In this document: positions 1 to 12,628 of the stretch, one piece after another
Layout of the letters: the number at the start of each line of letters is the position of its first letter
How positions within the stretch are numbered: position 1 is the stretch's first letter
NCBI GenBank assembly: GCA_010093705.1
Contig: MU006096.1
Span: 1,014,004-1,078,003 of the forward strand
DNA: 64,000 nucleotides
Direction: 5' to 3'
Source: Patellaria atrata CBS 101060
Lineage: Eukaryota
The notes under the pieces: model-generated
Seen by the model: the letters and a program-made list of their open reading frames with translations, nothing else
Told to the model about the DNA's origin: nothing
Databases searched by the model: none
Made by a program: the position numbers and the translations under genes

Positions 1-684
1 AAAAGTTTCGTCTATGCTCAGTCCGCTATTTCGACTCGTCTGTAGACCACGTTCAAGACCCATAAGACCTCCAAGAGCGTGGAATGCCCCCAAACTCTTT
101 GGGTTGTACATTTTCATTAGTTGTCCAGGGGAGAAGGCGAATTTGTTATCTTCAACTTCAAAATCGGCTTCCGTACCGGGATCAGGCTTTAAAGCGTCTT
201 CATCGCTCAGTATTTCTCCAGCGGTGTGACGTCCCTCTGCTATTTTTGTTTTATCACCCTGAGACGATGGTGAAGGAGTATTGACGTAAGTATCACCACT
301 CACTGATGAGTGACCCTCTTCTGCGGTCGAGTCCATGGAATTCCCTCTCGACCGTGGGCCGCCGGGAACAGACAGGAAGTTCTGATTGTCTCCCCATCTC
401 GCCGTAGGAGATGAGACGTTGTGAGGAGAGGTTGGCCGGCTCTCTTTACTGTCAAAGGAGTTTGCGTTTCGAAGTTCGATAGGTGATTGTTGTGCAGGTG
501 TCTGTGATGTCTGGTTTGTGGGATTACTTCTTGACTCCGGTATATTTTCTGAACTTGCATTATCCATTGGTGGATCGTTACTTCCTCCACTAACAGCAGA
601 AGTATCTATTGTGATTGTAGGAGCTCTCTGTCTTCGAGGTCCTGTAGAAGGGGACTCACGGCCATCAGGGCCTATATCTGCCAT
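1..684 (-). CDS. PMC1: Vacuolar PMCA-type P2B Ca2+-transporting ATPase, N-terminal part (runs off the window start)
   Basis: Manual minus-strand translation from ATG at 684 is open to position 1 (missing from the ORF track because there is no stop in the window): MADIGPDGRESPSTGPRRQRAPTITIDTS...EDALKPDPGTEADFEVEDNKFAFSPGQLMKMYNPKSLGAFHALGGLMGLERGLQT. This matches the N-terminus of fungal Pmc1. Confidence 0.88.
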   Translation of the reverse strand, partial: MADIGPDGRESPSTGPRRQRAPTITIDTSAVSGGSNDPPMDNASSENIPESRSNPTNQTSQTPAQQSPIELRNANSFDSKESRPTSPHNVSSPTARWGDNQNFLSVPGGPRSRGNSMDSTAEEGHSSVSGDTYVNTPSPSSQGDKTKIAEGRHTAGEILSDEDALKPDPGTEADFEVEDNKFAFSPGQLMKMYNPKSLGAFHALGGLMGLERGLQTSRNSGLSIDETF

Positions 685-1053
685 GACTGCGCCGCTCTTG
701 GCCTTATAGGAGAGTATTCTAGGGTGAAATTTCCTTTAGCGAAGTGTTTGTTGTAAGGCTCGTGGCCTTGGAGGATGTGGATCAGGAGGGTGCAAATGCA
801 AAACTGCGCCCTGGCTGAGTTACCGGTGAGAGTTCATGGATGACGGACACGACAAAATATTTGAGAGAGCAAGGTCCAGCGGCGAATTAGGCTGTGGGGT
901 TCGAGGTAGCTGGTCGAAATACGTTTCAGCAGGCTCGGTATAGACAAAGGCGTTTGTTCAACCACGGAAGCGCGTCTAGGGCAAAGTTAACAATTAGCTT
1001 TCCACGTAAACCTAAAGAATGTGACGAAAATCCAGCCAGAGATGTTCGACAGC

Positions 1054-1061
1054 TGAGCCAC
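1054..1061 (-). promoter_or_regulatory. Candidate calcineurin/Crz1 response element (CDRE) upstream of PMC1
   Basis: GTGGCTCA on the minus strand fits the yeast CDRE consensus GNGGC(G/T)CA, about 370 bp upstream of the PMC1 ATG. A related CACAGCCCC lies at 1613-1621. PMC1 is an established Crz1 target, but short motifs can arise by chance. Confidence 0.45.
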
Positions 1062-4000
1062 AGCGTGACGCCTTTGTAGGCGGTGCATTTAGTCCGGAAG
1101 ATAAGAGGCAAGACTTGGTGGAGGTAGATATCAAATATCGCGGCGGAGAACAGCGAGCTCACCTTTTTCGGCCAACAGAGTTCCAGTAAGATACTCGCTT
1201 CTAGGAATCTTTTTGTTGAGTTATCAGATCTTGAAAATATGCAAGGGGAAAGTCGGTCGGGATGATTTGAGAAGGTTGAGTGGTTGGTATTGCACAGGAG
1301 GAGGCAGTGCTGTGGTAATGAAAGTGTAGTATGTAACTAAGGTAGGTAGTTGTTATGGTTGACTGTACCAGTCCTGAAATGATGACGCCTCTACAGATGC
1401 ATTGTCAATTAGACAGACAACTGAATAGATATGAGGATCAAGTAGAAGAGTAATTGATTGCTATGAGTATTCAAGGTCGTCGACACGTAGGAAACAAGGC
1501 TGTTATTACGACCTCATCCTCTAGGGATATAGAAATGTTCATTCTCAGTAATGACCCTAATGGTCAGACGCGCCAAGTGCTAATGGCAGAGAAGCACTTG
1601 CAGTTTGTTTTGCACAGCCCCCTTTGGGCTCCCTTTCAAGCTTCTTGGTTCCTTCCCTAGCAGATATTCACTTTACAATACGGAAGGTACCACCTCCACT
1701 CACGATTACTGCAGCCGGGCTTTAGCGTCAGCGCCTCTCACCATTGGTTGCTGGCAGGACATAAATTTTTGAAACAAAAGTGACAAAGCATCATTCCGCC
1801 AGCGTGTATGGATTGGACCCTCCATACGCATATGGTACAAACATCAAACCAACGGATTGCTTTTAAGATGTGATGCGGTAAGCTACTATGCCTTCAATTG
1901 TCCCTTTAAGCCTGACAGTTTACCGCCGGAATAGACGCTCAAAATACTGTTACAGTATTTGCATATGCTGTTGATGTTGTTATTGTTTGCCAAAGGACTT
2001 TTCCGGTGCCTGAGCATCACTCTTCGCTTAGAACCTTAAAATGCAATGTTCCTTTCTGCCTTGCCTCAAATACCATCAACAATAATACAGTTCGAGGAAA
2101 CATTATAAAATGCGGGAGAACAGCCTGTTCACAGTCTTCGGCCCTGCTCTCCTCTTCCCGTCTTTGCTTGTCTTGAGAAGACTTGAGGCAAAACAGGCTG
2201 TTGAAATGCAGATGCTGATCAGCGGCCTTCTCCCGAACCTTATGAAGCACCCAAAAAGCGTGCGTGTAGTAAGAACTGAGGTGTGTACTGTACCTTTAAA
2301 GTGTTTGGCCTGACTGTACAGTATAATTCTTAATTGATATCCTTCCGGCCTCTTTTTTGTTTCCGTCTCTGCTCCCTCAACGCTTTCTCTCCTTCTAGTT
2401 ATACTAACAATACCCAATCTTCAATACACATATCACAGTATTCTGTTTATTGACCACAGAGGAAATCCCCTTTCTACGCTTTGAGCAAACCCTACGACAC
2501 CGCAAACGCGCCGAGAAGAGACCAAGGCTTCCCTTAAATTGAAGATCGACGTAGCGGCCTCCTTTCCAAAGCCAGTCTCGTTTCCGCTCGTCAGCGGCAA
2601 CGGCCAAGTGTCTTGGTTGAAGTATTCTCGAAACGTACCTCTGTAACTTTACTGGATTCATCGAATCTCATCACAGAAGTCTTGGTTACCGTAGTTAATA
2701 AGGTTATCTTTGTCGCCGACCATGTCGCTTGTTTTACATTTTATCACACAGCGGAAGCTTGTCAAGCAGATACCATCACGCAGCGAAAAGTTTCCAGCAA
2801 GGAGACGGTCAAGCGCCATAGCTCTCAATCGAAACAGCGCAACGCTACACCAAACTTTGCAGCAAGCAGCTTGTCCTTGGGCGACGCAACATGATGGAAG
2901 CCATGAAGTCTCCCGTTACTCGAGCCACGATAGTAAAGTGAGATCCCATGTTTTGTGGAATCAAAATACGCTTCAGCCAACCGCATGTGCAGAATAATAT
3001 GCACGATAGGTATTCCAAGGTCAGCCACTAGTAACAAAGTCCGGTGGAAAAATAAAAAGATAATGTTTCCCGTAACAAGGCAAGTGTCGACACGTGTGTA
3101 GCTTGGGAGGATATCTCCATATCATCACTTTTAAAGAAATATTCGACCACTAAATGTCCGGATGTGGATCCATTGACTGTCGGGCTTTCAGGCGCCACAA
3201 ACACGTCGAAGGCGAAAGTACTCCACGGCCAGCGCATTGGATAACCCTTCATTCAGTGTCAAGAGACTTCTTGGGAGAAGACAACATCCGATGCCGAGTA
3301 GGTAGAGCATCTTTGTTAATTCTGTAAGGTGAAGTTTGCCCAAGGATGCACAGAGTAACACCCAAGCGCTACTTTTTACTACTCAGCCTCGTTCAACCAT
3401 TTTCCCACAAATTCCTCAACAGGCGCATATGGTACCTAATCACTCCGCATACTAAGCATCGAGTGGCCATCTGGATATGAGGCAATTTTCGTATAATATC
3501 TGACCGGCATGTCAATTCGGAGTGCAGGCGATAATCCGGCGGCAAAAGACCGAGCTCGGATAGTCGTCGGTTGTCTTGATCGTCCCAAAACCTGGATTCA
3601 TGAATGGAGTATTGCCACGGCAGACGTCAGCACACTGAAAATAGTCCGTACCATAATTACAACCGAAGAGATCAGGTTTAGTAGTTTCTTCTTTCCTGTA
3701 TTCTCATGTCGTTAGTCATGAAGACGACAGGGCTCAACGCGAATTCAAGTTATTCGATCAACTCTAGCAGTGTACTGTACTGTACAGCTACCTTTGGAAA
3801 TGCGGACAGCCGAAATGTTTGGACTACCTAATCCGGCATTTAAGTGTCCCAGACGTACATCGCCGCACCATTATTCTATAAGATCTTCGCCCTTAACACC
3901 AAGAGTACCAATAAGTCTTATCATGATGGATATTTCCTCCTCTATGCAGTCTCTTCAAATATTCTCTTAATACTTAGTTTCAAGGCTGATTTCACTCATT

Positions 4001-5796
4001 ATCCCTTTCTTACGACCTAGTGGCGAAACCAACTTTGATACAATTCAGATCTCCTCTATTTGTATGCTCCCGATACTTACGGTGCGATCCATGTCTGGGG
4101 CGCAGCAAAGTAGCATGTAAGGGATTTCAATATCGTGAGGTAGTAGTATGGATCGCTCCCTTTTGGTCTGAAAGAGTTTTGGATTCTATATCTTGGCGAG
4201 TTGATGATCGAGCTTAATTCTACCACCTTCGTTGTCAGCTTCTAAGTCGCTTGACAGGTAAAGATACTTCAAGAATTTCTAATCTTCCAAGCATGGCTGT
4301 GCAAACTCCATTGTTTCCCTTCCCTGTACACTACACGCATTCCTCCTGGCTAGAAGTTACTTCGTCCGTGAAACCATTTCTTGCCCCTAAAGGATCTCCA
4401 TTCTACGCTGACTGCGCCGAGTCACATTATTCTCGTTGACTAAACATCTCAGATCTTTTCCTTCATTCTTCTCTGTATGTTGCGTTCTTACGTTGATGAT
4501 CATATTGTACCAGGCAACAGTTGCCATCTGACGGATAAGTGTTGCGTATGTCTCCTTACGCGGATATCAAATGTCACATTCCGCGGCTGAGTTCCCAGTA
4601 ACACCTCCAGCCACCTTCCCCGCCGCGTCAAACAGGCGGCAAGAGAAATTGTCAAAGGACAAGGTACAATAGATTGCAACCTCAACCCTCAACAAGCGGC
4701 ATACAGGGTAAAAGTTGGACCAAAGATGCAAATTCCCATCCCGTTCACAGCACTCAAATCCACAGCGAAGCAATAGACCCATGATAAGATCCATTCTAAC
4801 CAGCACCACCCAAACCTCACCCACAATCTAACCCCTAACTCCTAACTCCTTCAACTCAACCTCCCCAGCTCACCAATCGTCCCATAACCGTCGTTAACCA
4901 AATCGCCCCCCTCTTTACTGTCAGCGGTGGAGGAAAACATGAGACCTGCGGAATTAGAACGGAAGCGGATGGAAGAGGACATGTGTAGGTTCCTCGATGT
5001 GTCTGATTATCGGGCGAGTTGGATGAGATTCTATATTTGATCGCGGGATGTACTAGTGAGAGGGGAGGACGCTGTGGGATGCCGCGCCGGAGGCGATGCA
5101 GGTTGGGTTAATTTACAACTTGTGGTGAGTTCAGTCGAGCGGTTGGATGCGCTGTTAGGCGAGTCGGTGAAATTCTCAGGGGTGTGATATGTGATTTGTG
5201 ATACTGTTGTAGAGACTATCTGAGTAAGATGGGTTTGTGACCGAGACCTTGTAGACTAAAGACGGTTCATGAGTTTGTTGGTAATGTATCACGTCTTCGG
5301 TTGGTTTGATATATGTATAATAGAACAGGTAGGTTGACTACGATTCTGAAATCGTCGAATATATGCACGTATGGATGTGCATATATCTGAAGTTGTCCAT
5401 ACGACAGTGGCATGATAAAGGGGTCAAGAAGATCAGACTCATTCAACACATCACTCACCGAAAAATCACAAAATCAAACACACTCTTAGACACAGAGCTT
5501 ATACCGTAGCATACTCCACATCATCCAATTACCTCATCTACCCTCTAGTCTACCCTATCCACCTACGCCCTATCTGCCCTCGACCACACCCACACCCAGA
5601 GCGGAGAAAAACTGATCTGCAGCTACAGGAACAGTAACGCTAAGACTGCAAATGCCCCCTTATATAAATATCGATAATATGTGAAAATCAGGTACGCCGA
5701 ACGCATGTCAGAATGCAGAGAGGGAGAAAACCGATATCTTACTATCTTACATGAATGGTATTATTTCTATTCATTTTTTTGGAGTGGTGGGGAATG

Positions 5797-6686
5797 TTAG
5801 AAGAGGACTTTTCGCGCGACCTGTGGATGAGGGGGTTAGTAGGTTATTGGTGATTTTTCTTTTGGGAGGAGGGGATTTTTGAAGAGGACTTACCGCCCAT
5901 GAACCCGCTACGCCGGCGACCATACCACCGGATATCAGCATCGGTTTCACGCCGCGGGTACTCTTGAATATCATGCCGCTGATGCCGCCTGCGGCGACGC
6001 TGTTGAAGGCATCGTGTTTCCCTCTTTGGTGACCGATGAATGAATTAATCCCTAAACCCTAGTCAGCCTCATCCCAATACCCCAAAATCCCTATCATATT
6101 CTCCTAATTGTCTTGTTTGTCTACTCACCATTATAAACCAAAGCCAAAACGCCGGCATTATTCCCCAAAAATGGGCCGCGTCTCGTGACGCTATTCAGCA
6201 CAGCGTTGAGCCTCAGCTTCGGCGGCGCGCCCGCGGGCGCCCGGTTCAGGCCCTCGGCCAGCCCCCAGGCGCCGCCGAGCGTGAGCGCGCTCAGGTACGT
6301 CACGCCGGTGCCGTAGCAGAGATCGTCGGACCAGCCGCGCGAGGGCAGCGCGGACCGCGAGCCCGGGAGGTTTGAGAGCGCGGAGTCTTCGAGCGAGAGG
6401 TAGTCGAGGGTGTCTTGGTTGAGGCCGGCGAGGGGGTGCAGCACGGCGGGGTCGAAGGCGCCGGGTGCGTTGAGGAAGGAGGAGACGTCTGTTGCAGATG
6501 TGGGGTCGAAGGTTGGTTCTGGGGCGAAGTCGGTGCGGGAGGACTGGGGGGACTGCGATTGAGGGGATTGGGGAGATTGGGAGGTCGGGGGGGATGTGGA
6601 CTTGCGTCCGGTTAGAGTGTCCTGGGATGAGTGTTAGCGGAAGGTTCGGGGGTTACGAGGAGGAGGATAGATACCCAGATGGACAT
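5797..6686 (-). CDS. TIM23: Mitochondrial inner membrane translocase subunit Tim23 (4 exons)
   Basis: Spliced protein MSIW|DTLTGRK...LPSRGWSDDLCYGTGVTYLSALTLGGAWGLAEGL...RLNAVLNSVTRRGPFLGNNAGVLALVYN G|INSFIGHQRGKHDAFNSVAAGGISGMIFKSTRGVKPM...WA|VARKVLF*. Canonical GT-AG introns, e.g. 6674-6622 and one starting at 6128. Confidence 0.95.
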
Positions 6687-7719
6687 GATGGGAGATGGGA
6701 ACGGAGTAGGAGAGTGTGGTTGTCGCTGCTGTGGTTTGCGGTAATAATGTTATCGGTTTTTGCTTTGGGAGGTGGAAACGGGAGGATAAGGTGTTCGAGA
6801 AGGGAAGTTAGGCGCGAGAAGATCCGGACGCGTTTGATAGAGACGGAAGAAGAATGTAGCCGCGAATTATGGTGTTGAGGGGATTAGCTGGACGTCGGCG
6901 ATTGGGTTGATGGTTCAACCGAATCGAGAAATTTCGTCGAAGGCCTTCATCATCGGGAGCCTCCGCCGAAGATCCTCCGATGGGATTAGCTCAACTTTCC
7001 TAAGACTATAATAGGTATCGCGTTAGGTCCTTAAATTCGACTTCATTACATTTATATCAAGATGATTTCTGATTTTATGTTTTGCCATTATCGGTTGTAA
7101 ATCGAACTTTTGATATGGGGCTCTGCCAATTATACCAACAGCATAAAATGTGGTCTTATGCGGAGCTTATATGATAACTAGAATAGTACGAATGGCATCT
7201 ACTACTACTAGGATATCGCAGGACGACATTGTTCCGCGAGACGAAGACAGCGATCACATACAGCGTGATGGACGGTAAGAGTTCTAGAGGATGTACTGTA
7301 CAGAACCATACGCGGTGTATAGCTCCATTTTTGGGAGAGTACACCAGTTCTGAACCTACCTTATAGGTATCCATACCCTTGCCAGTAACACAAGTGTATA
7401 GGGTACGGTACGAGTACCTCGCCTTGTTGATCCTATATATCAAGACTATACAAATACCCGATAAATTGCATCCGCGAAAATAACTAGACCTGAATGGCAA
7501 CTCAATGCTCCTATAACTACGTGATGTGGGTGTTTTGTAGATCGGTTTTTGTATCAGTTATTCGCCCCATGTGGTTGGTCAGGATGGCTTTCAAGGCAAC
7601 AGCTTCTTACATCCTCAGCCCTAGCTCAGATCTCTATCCTACTTCTCGAATTTTTGAGAGAAACTCTCATCCTCGTTTAAGTCCGCTGTGCTCTCGTTAT
7701 TGTGTTGATTTGTGTCAAC

Positions 7720-10700
7720 ATGGCTTTACCTATTATATCACGTCAGAGCGTGTAGGTGTTCCAGGTTCTCTTCACTTCAAAACGAGTTCGCTGATTCTTG
7801 TGGCTCTTTCCAGCAAGGATCTCTGGCATCTTGCAAAAGCAGAGCTACATGATGAGGATAAGCGCAGCATAGATTTTGATCGCCACGATAAGCTTAAAGT
7901 CCTCGCAGAGCTACACGCAGAAGTAGAGAAAGCCAAGCAGAAATCTATTGATACGAGGTGGAAGTACACCCGCAAAAGCGGAGAAACCGTCATCATCAGA
8001 GACGTCTTTGCCAAAATAATTAGGTGGATCGATATCTTCAAGCAGATCGGGGATGTTGCAATTCAGTATGATCCGGGCCATGCCGCACTACCCTGGGCCG
8101 GGATTCGATTCGTGCTTCAGGTTCGATGCACAATAGAATGAAAAAGAGAAAGCAACTGATACGATGGCAGATTGCGGTCAACGATTTTAAAAAATTTGAG
8201 GCGGTGATAGAGGGGCTTGCACTCGTAGCTGAGTTGGTATGCCAATACGTTCCTATCGAGGAATTTTATCTACAAATAGACTCTCAAGCAACTGGAGAGC
8301 TGGAAAGAGCAATTGTCAAATTATACGCAGCTATCTTAACCTATCTCTCTGAAACAAAACACTACCTCGAAGAGGGAACCGCAAGTTAGTACTTCTCTCC
8401 CTAGTTTAGTATATTAAATGATAACGCGAAACAGAACGGTTTCTGAAGAGCGGAATAATTAATCAGGACTCACTTGAGCCACATTTGAATGCTATTGAAG
8501 AAGAAAATCAAAAAGCTCGCCGCTGTATGGACGTTGTCGCGCGACATGGTTGGTAAGAATACTCTTCAGCACCTCTGAGATACTAACGAGTTCTTCTCAG
8601 ACCAGATCCTGAACCATGCAGAGCTAAAACATATGATTTCGCTACTCAATGAACCATTGCGAAGGGTGGACAGTACTCTGAGCGACATACGAGACAATTT
8701 TGAGAGTATGTAGAGTTACTTGACTGGGAAATCTATTACTCATTGTCTCTAGCATCGAAACGTATAGACATCCTACGATGGCTATCCACTGAACCGTACG
8801 AACAACATCATGTGCAGACCAAGGAAGGTTTGCTCTCGGGAACTGGACAGTGGCTTCTATCCGATCCAGTATTCGAGAAATGGAAGAATGAGAGCGCGTC
8901 CTCCATCCTCTGGCTACGTGGGGTGTTAGGGACCGGGAAGAGTAAACTTGTGTAAGTACTCTATAATCAATATATGTAGTACAATGCGTTGATATTCCTA
9001 GCTCCATCGTGATTGAAGACGCAAAGAGAAGTTTCGAGGCCGGCTATAGCCCCCAACCCGTCTTCTTTTACTGCTCACGGAATCCGGGAGAGCCTACTCG
9101 GTCAGATCCCAAAGAGATTCTTGCCAGTCTTGCTAGACAACTCTCCTGTTTTGAACCTGGAAAGGCCCTTTTAAAACCTACAGTTGAACTCTATGAGAAG
9201 AAAGCAGCGAATGCATTTGCGTCTGGATCAGTCGAACTTAGCGAAAGCTGTACACTTATCATGAAGCTCATTGAGCAGTACCCACAAACAACAATAGTGA
9301 TAGATGCTTTGGATGAATGCGACCCCCGTAAACGGCGTCATTTACTCAAAGCTTTTGAACAGATTCTTCGAGATTCGTCTGGCTTAGTCAAGATATTTAT
9401 GTCTAGTCGGAACGATCACGACATCGTATCACGTTTAGAGCGCTACCCAAATCTTGAAATTGAGTCTAATAGAAACAGCGATGACATTGCTCGGTTTGTT
9501 AAGAACGAAATAGAAACGCTTATCGATGATGGTGAACTGTTGCACGGCAGTACTTGTCCAGCGGAGATGCAGGAGCTTATTGAAGAAAGAGTGGTTAGAG
9601 GAGCTTCCGGGATGCAAGTTTTTTCTTTATTTTACACGTTGACGATATGTTAATCCCCCTTTCTTTTAGGTTCAGGTGGGCAAGCATGCAATTGCAATAT
9701 CTCTGTTCCTTCACAATCGATGCCGACATTCGAAAGAGACTTGGTCGACTTCCACCGGATCTGGACGATCTATATGCTGAAATCTATGATATCCTCAGCA
9801 AGAAAACGGGCGAGATTGAAGCCGCCGTCTTCAGAAATGTACTCAGTTGGCTGCTATGTGCCGAAAGGACGCTTAGCAGCGCAGAATTAGTAGCTGCAGT
9901 CTCGATAATTACGAATAACGGCGATAGTCCAGTTACTATTTCAAAAAAGAGTATCCTCAAGATCTGCAGCAACTTCGTGGTCTTAGACGCCCAATTAGAC
10001 AGATTCCGCTTCGCTCATCTATCGGTTCAAGAGTTTTTAGAGAAGCGGGATGGATTTTCGGTGACAGCGACCAATGCACTAGCAGCGGAAGCATGTCTCT
10101 GGAACTTGATATCCGCAAGTCCGAAACCTGGACCTAAGTTTCTATCCAAATTCGGTCGGAATCGAACCATAGAGCCTTCTAAGTCTAAGGTATTCCGCGA
10201 ATATTCGGACTTATACTGGGCCAAGCACTGTCAACTAGCAGCTTGCGAGCGAAGTTTGGGTACACTTGAGAGTGTCTTTCGGTACTTTCTATCCGATGAA
10301 GACGGTCCGGATTGTCCTCTTGCTCTTTGGAATGCCCGGATTTCGAGATATCCCTTGGTTGAATACTTCCCGATAGATACCGAAATGAGGAGTCGGCTGC
10401 AGGACGTTAAAACAACCCTGCATTCCGCTTCCATTGTAGCTTGGTTGGTTGCGTGTGCTTTTAACTTTCCAGAGATAATAGAATATTCAGGAGAGATGCA
10501 TGTTCCACCGTTATACTGTACCAATAAAAAGGGTAGAACCCTCTTACACGTCGCAGTGGGATGTGAAAGTCTCGAATCGCTCAAACTTCTTCTAGACCAA
10601 GACAGAGATGACGTAAAAATCACGGAAGAGGTGCTAGAGGTCGCTGCTAGCTACTACTACAATAAAGAAGTTATGGCATTACTGCTTGACAAGAGCGGTG

Positions 10701-12628
10701 ACGAAGTCAAAAATACTGGGAAAGCGCTAAAGCGAGCTGTCCAAAGCTCTAATAAAGAGCTCATAGCATTACTGCTCAACCAGTATGGTGCTGAGGTCAC
10801 GGAAGAGGTGCTAGAGTCTCCTATCAGGTTCTCCAAGAAGGAGATGCTAGCATTCCTACTCAGCCAGGATGATGATAAGGTCAAGATTACGGAAAAGGTG
10901 CTCGAGGAAGCTGCTGAGAACAAGGATAAAGAGGTTATAGCATTACTGCTCAATCGGGGTGGTGATAAGGTCAAGATTACGGAAGATGTACTTCAGAGAG
11001 CTGCTGAGAATACTAATGAAGAGGTTATAGCATTACTACTCAACCGGGGTGGTGATAAGGTCAAAATCACGGAAGAGGTGCTTCAGAAAGCTGCTGGTAA
11101 TACTAATAAAGAGGTTCTAGTATTACTACTCGACCAGTGCGGTAACGAGGTCAAAATCACGGAGAAGGTGCTAAAGAGCGCTGCTTGGAACTCTAATGTA
11201 GAGGTTATGGAATTACTGCTCGATAAGTGTGGTAACCAGATTAAGATTACGGAGAAGGTACTGAGCAGAGCTGCTTGGAATGAAGGTGTGATGGCGTTAC
11301 TGCTCGATAAGCGTGGTGACCAGGTTAAGATTACGGAGGAAGTACTGAGCAGAGCTGCTTTGAATAAAGATGTGATGGCGTTACTGCTCGACAAGCGTGG
11401 TGACGAGGTTAAGATCACAGAAGAGGTATTAATCCAGGCTGTTAGAAGTTATAGGAAAGACGTAATAGTGTTGCTACTCGATAAGCGTGGTGACGAGGTC
11501 AAGATTACAAAAGAGGTAATAATCGAGGCTATTAGAATCCATAGCAACGACGTAATAGTGTTGCTACTCGATAAGCGTGGTAACGAGGTTAAGATCTCAG
11601 AAGAGATAGTTCTAAAGGCTGCTAGGAGTTATAGCGCTGACCTGATGGCGTTACTTCTTAATAAGCGTGGTGATGAGGTAAAAATAACGGAAAACGTAGT
11701 TCAAGCGGCTACTCATAATAAGGAGATTATGATGTTACTGCTCGACAAGCGCGGTGATGAGGTCAAGCTTGTGTTCACGGAAGAGGTGTTAAAGGCAGCT
11801 GCCAGCAGGGAAGAGGACAGCGAAGAGGTGATTCGACTGCTTCATCAAACAGTGCAGTTTATAGTTACGGACGAAATCATGGAAGCAGCTGCCACTAGTG
11901 GTCGAGAATGGACCGTACGCCTTCTTGAGAGATTGAGTGGCACCAGCCGTGAACTAGATGTGGAGAAATGGATCAACGTCGCGCGACTCTGGCGCGGCAT
12001 CAGATCCGCAGATGCGGCGGTTGTTCATCGTCTCGTTGAAGAAGGCACACCTCTGGATCAACGGGATATTAACGGAAGAACCCCTTTGCTCTACGTATCA
12101 TATGCATATACGCCCGACTACTATTTCTCGTATACACAAGGGGAAAGGGAAGAAGAGGTTGTCAAAGTTCTCCTTGCAACCAACGCTATCGACATTAATG
12201 CTCGAGATCATGATGGGAACACTTCACTCCACCGCGCTGCACTTTGCGGGTGTCCTGGAGTAGTAGAATTACTTCTGGCGATGGCTGGTGTCGACGTTAA
12301 TGCTCGAAATAACGAAGGCTCCACCCCACTTCATGTTGCCACAGAGAGCGTTGGTCTACAGTTCGACCCTACTAAAACAGTAAAATTGCTCCTTACCACA
12401 AACGCCAATGTTAATGCAAGAAATGAGAGAGGAAGCACGCCGATAATGTACGCTGCATGGTGGGGTCAAGCCGAAATAGTACGATTACTTCTAGACCATG
12501 GTGCTCGAGATGATTACATAAATAAGTACGGATATTCGGCACTATCCCTCGCTCAGAAGAAGGGTGAGTCTAAGGTGGTCGAAATCCTGACCCAGTATGC
12601 TGCAAAGGAGTCTGCTAGTGGCTCTTAA
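7720..12628 (+). CDS. Fungal NLR-like protein: helical N-terminal domain, NACHT NTPase, tandem helical repeats and ankyrin repeats (8 exons)
   Basis: Reading frame is continuous across 7 introns (checked by hand). N-terminal DLW...YDPGHAALPWAGIRFVLQ is typical of NACHT-associated N-terminal domains. Walker A ILWLRGVLGTGKS, Walker B TIVIDALDEC, GMFRWA and RFAHLSVQEFL motifs, VKITEEVL repeats, and C-terminal ankyrins (GNTSLHRAA, GSTPLHVA, GSTPIMYAA). Confidence 0.9.
10610..11880 (+). repeat. Coding tandem array of about 14 units of 84-93 bp (consensus EVKITEEVLxxAAxNxxxxVMALLLDKRGD)
   Basis: Repeated DNA such as ttactgctcgataagcgtggtgacgaggttaagatcacggaagaggt, and repeated peptide units in ORF 9647..12628. 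Confidence 0.93.

Noticed and set aside
2000..3720. Short minus-strand ORFs with intron-like signals, suggesting a decayed gene
   Set aside because: No recognisable motif and no consistent frame could be assembled; needs BLASTx.
4825..4850. ctaacccctaactcctaactcc resembling telomeric CCCTAA
   Set aside because: Only about three degenerate units inside a C/A-skewed tract; the skew explains it.
6950..6982. Hairpin catcgggag...ctccgatg as a possible RNA gene
   Set aside because: No tRNA A/B boxes, cloverleaf or snoRNA boxes; a short stem is expected by chance.
10027..11418. Repetitive antisense ORFs (SSSNAITS) opposite the NLR
   Set aside because: Shadows of the coding repeat array; not CRISPR-like either, since units are contiguous and coding.
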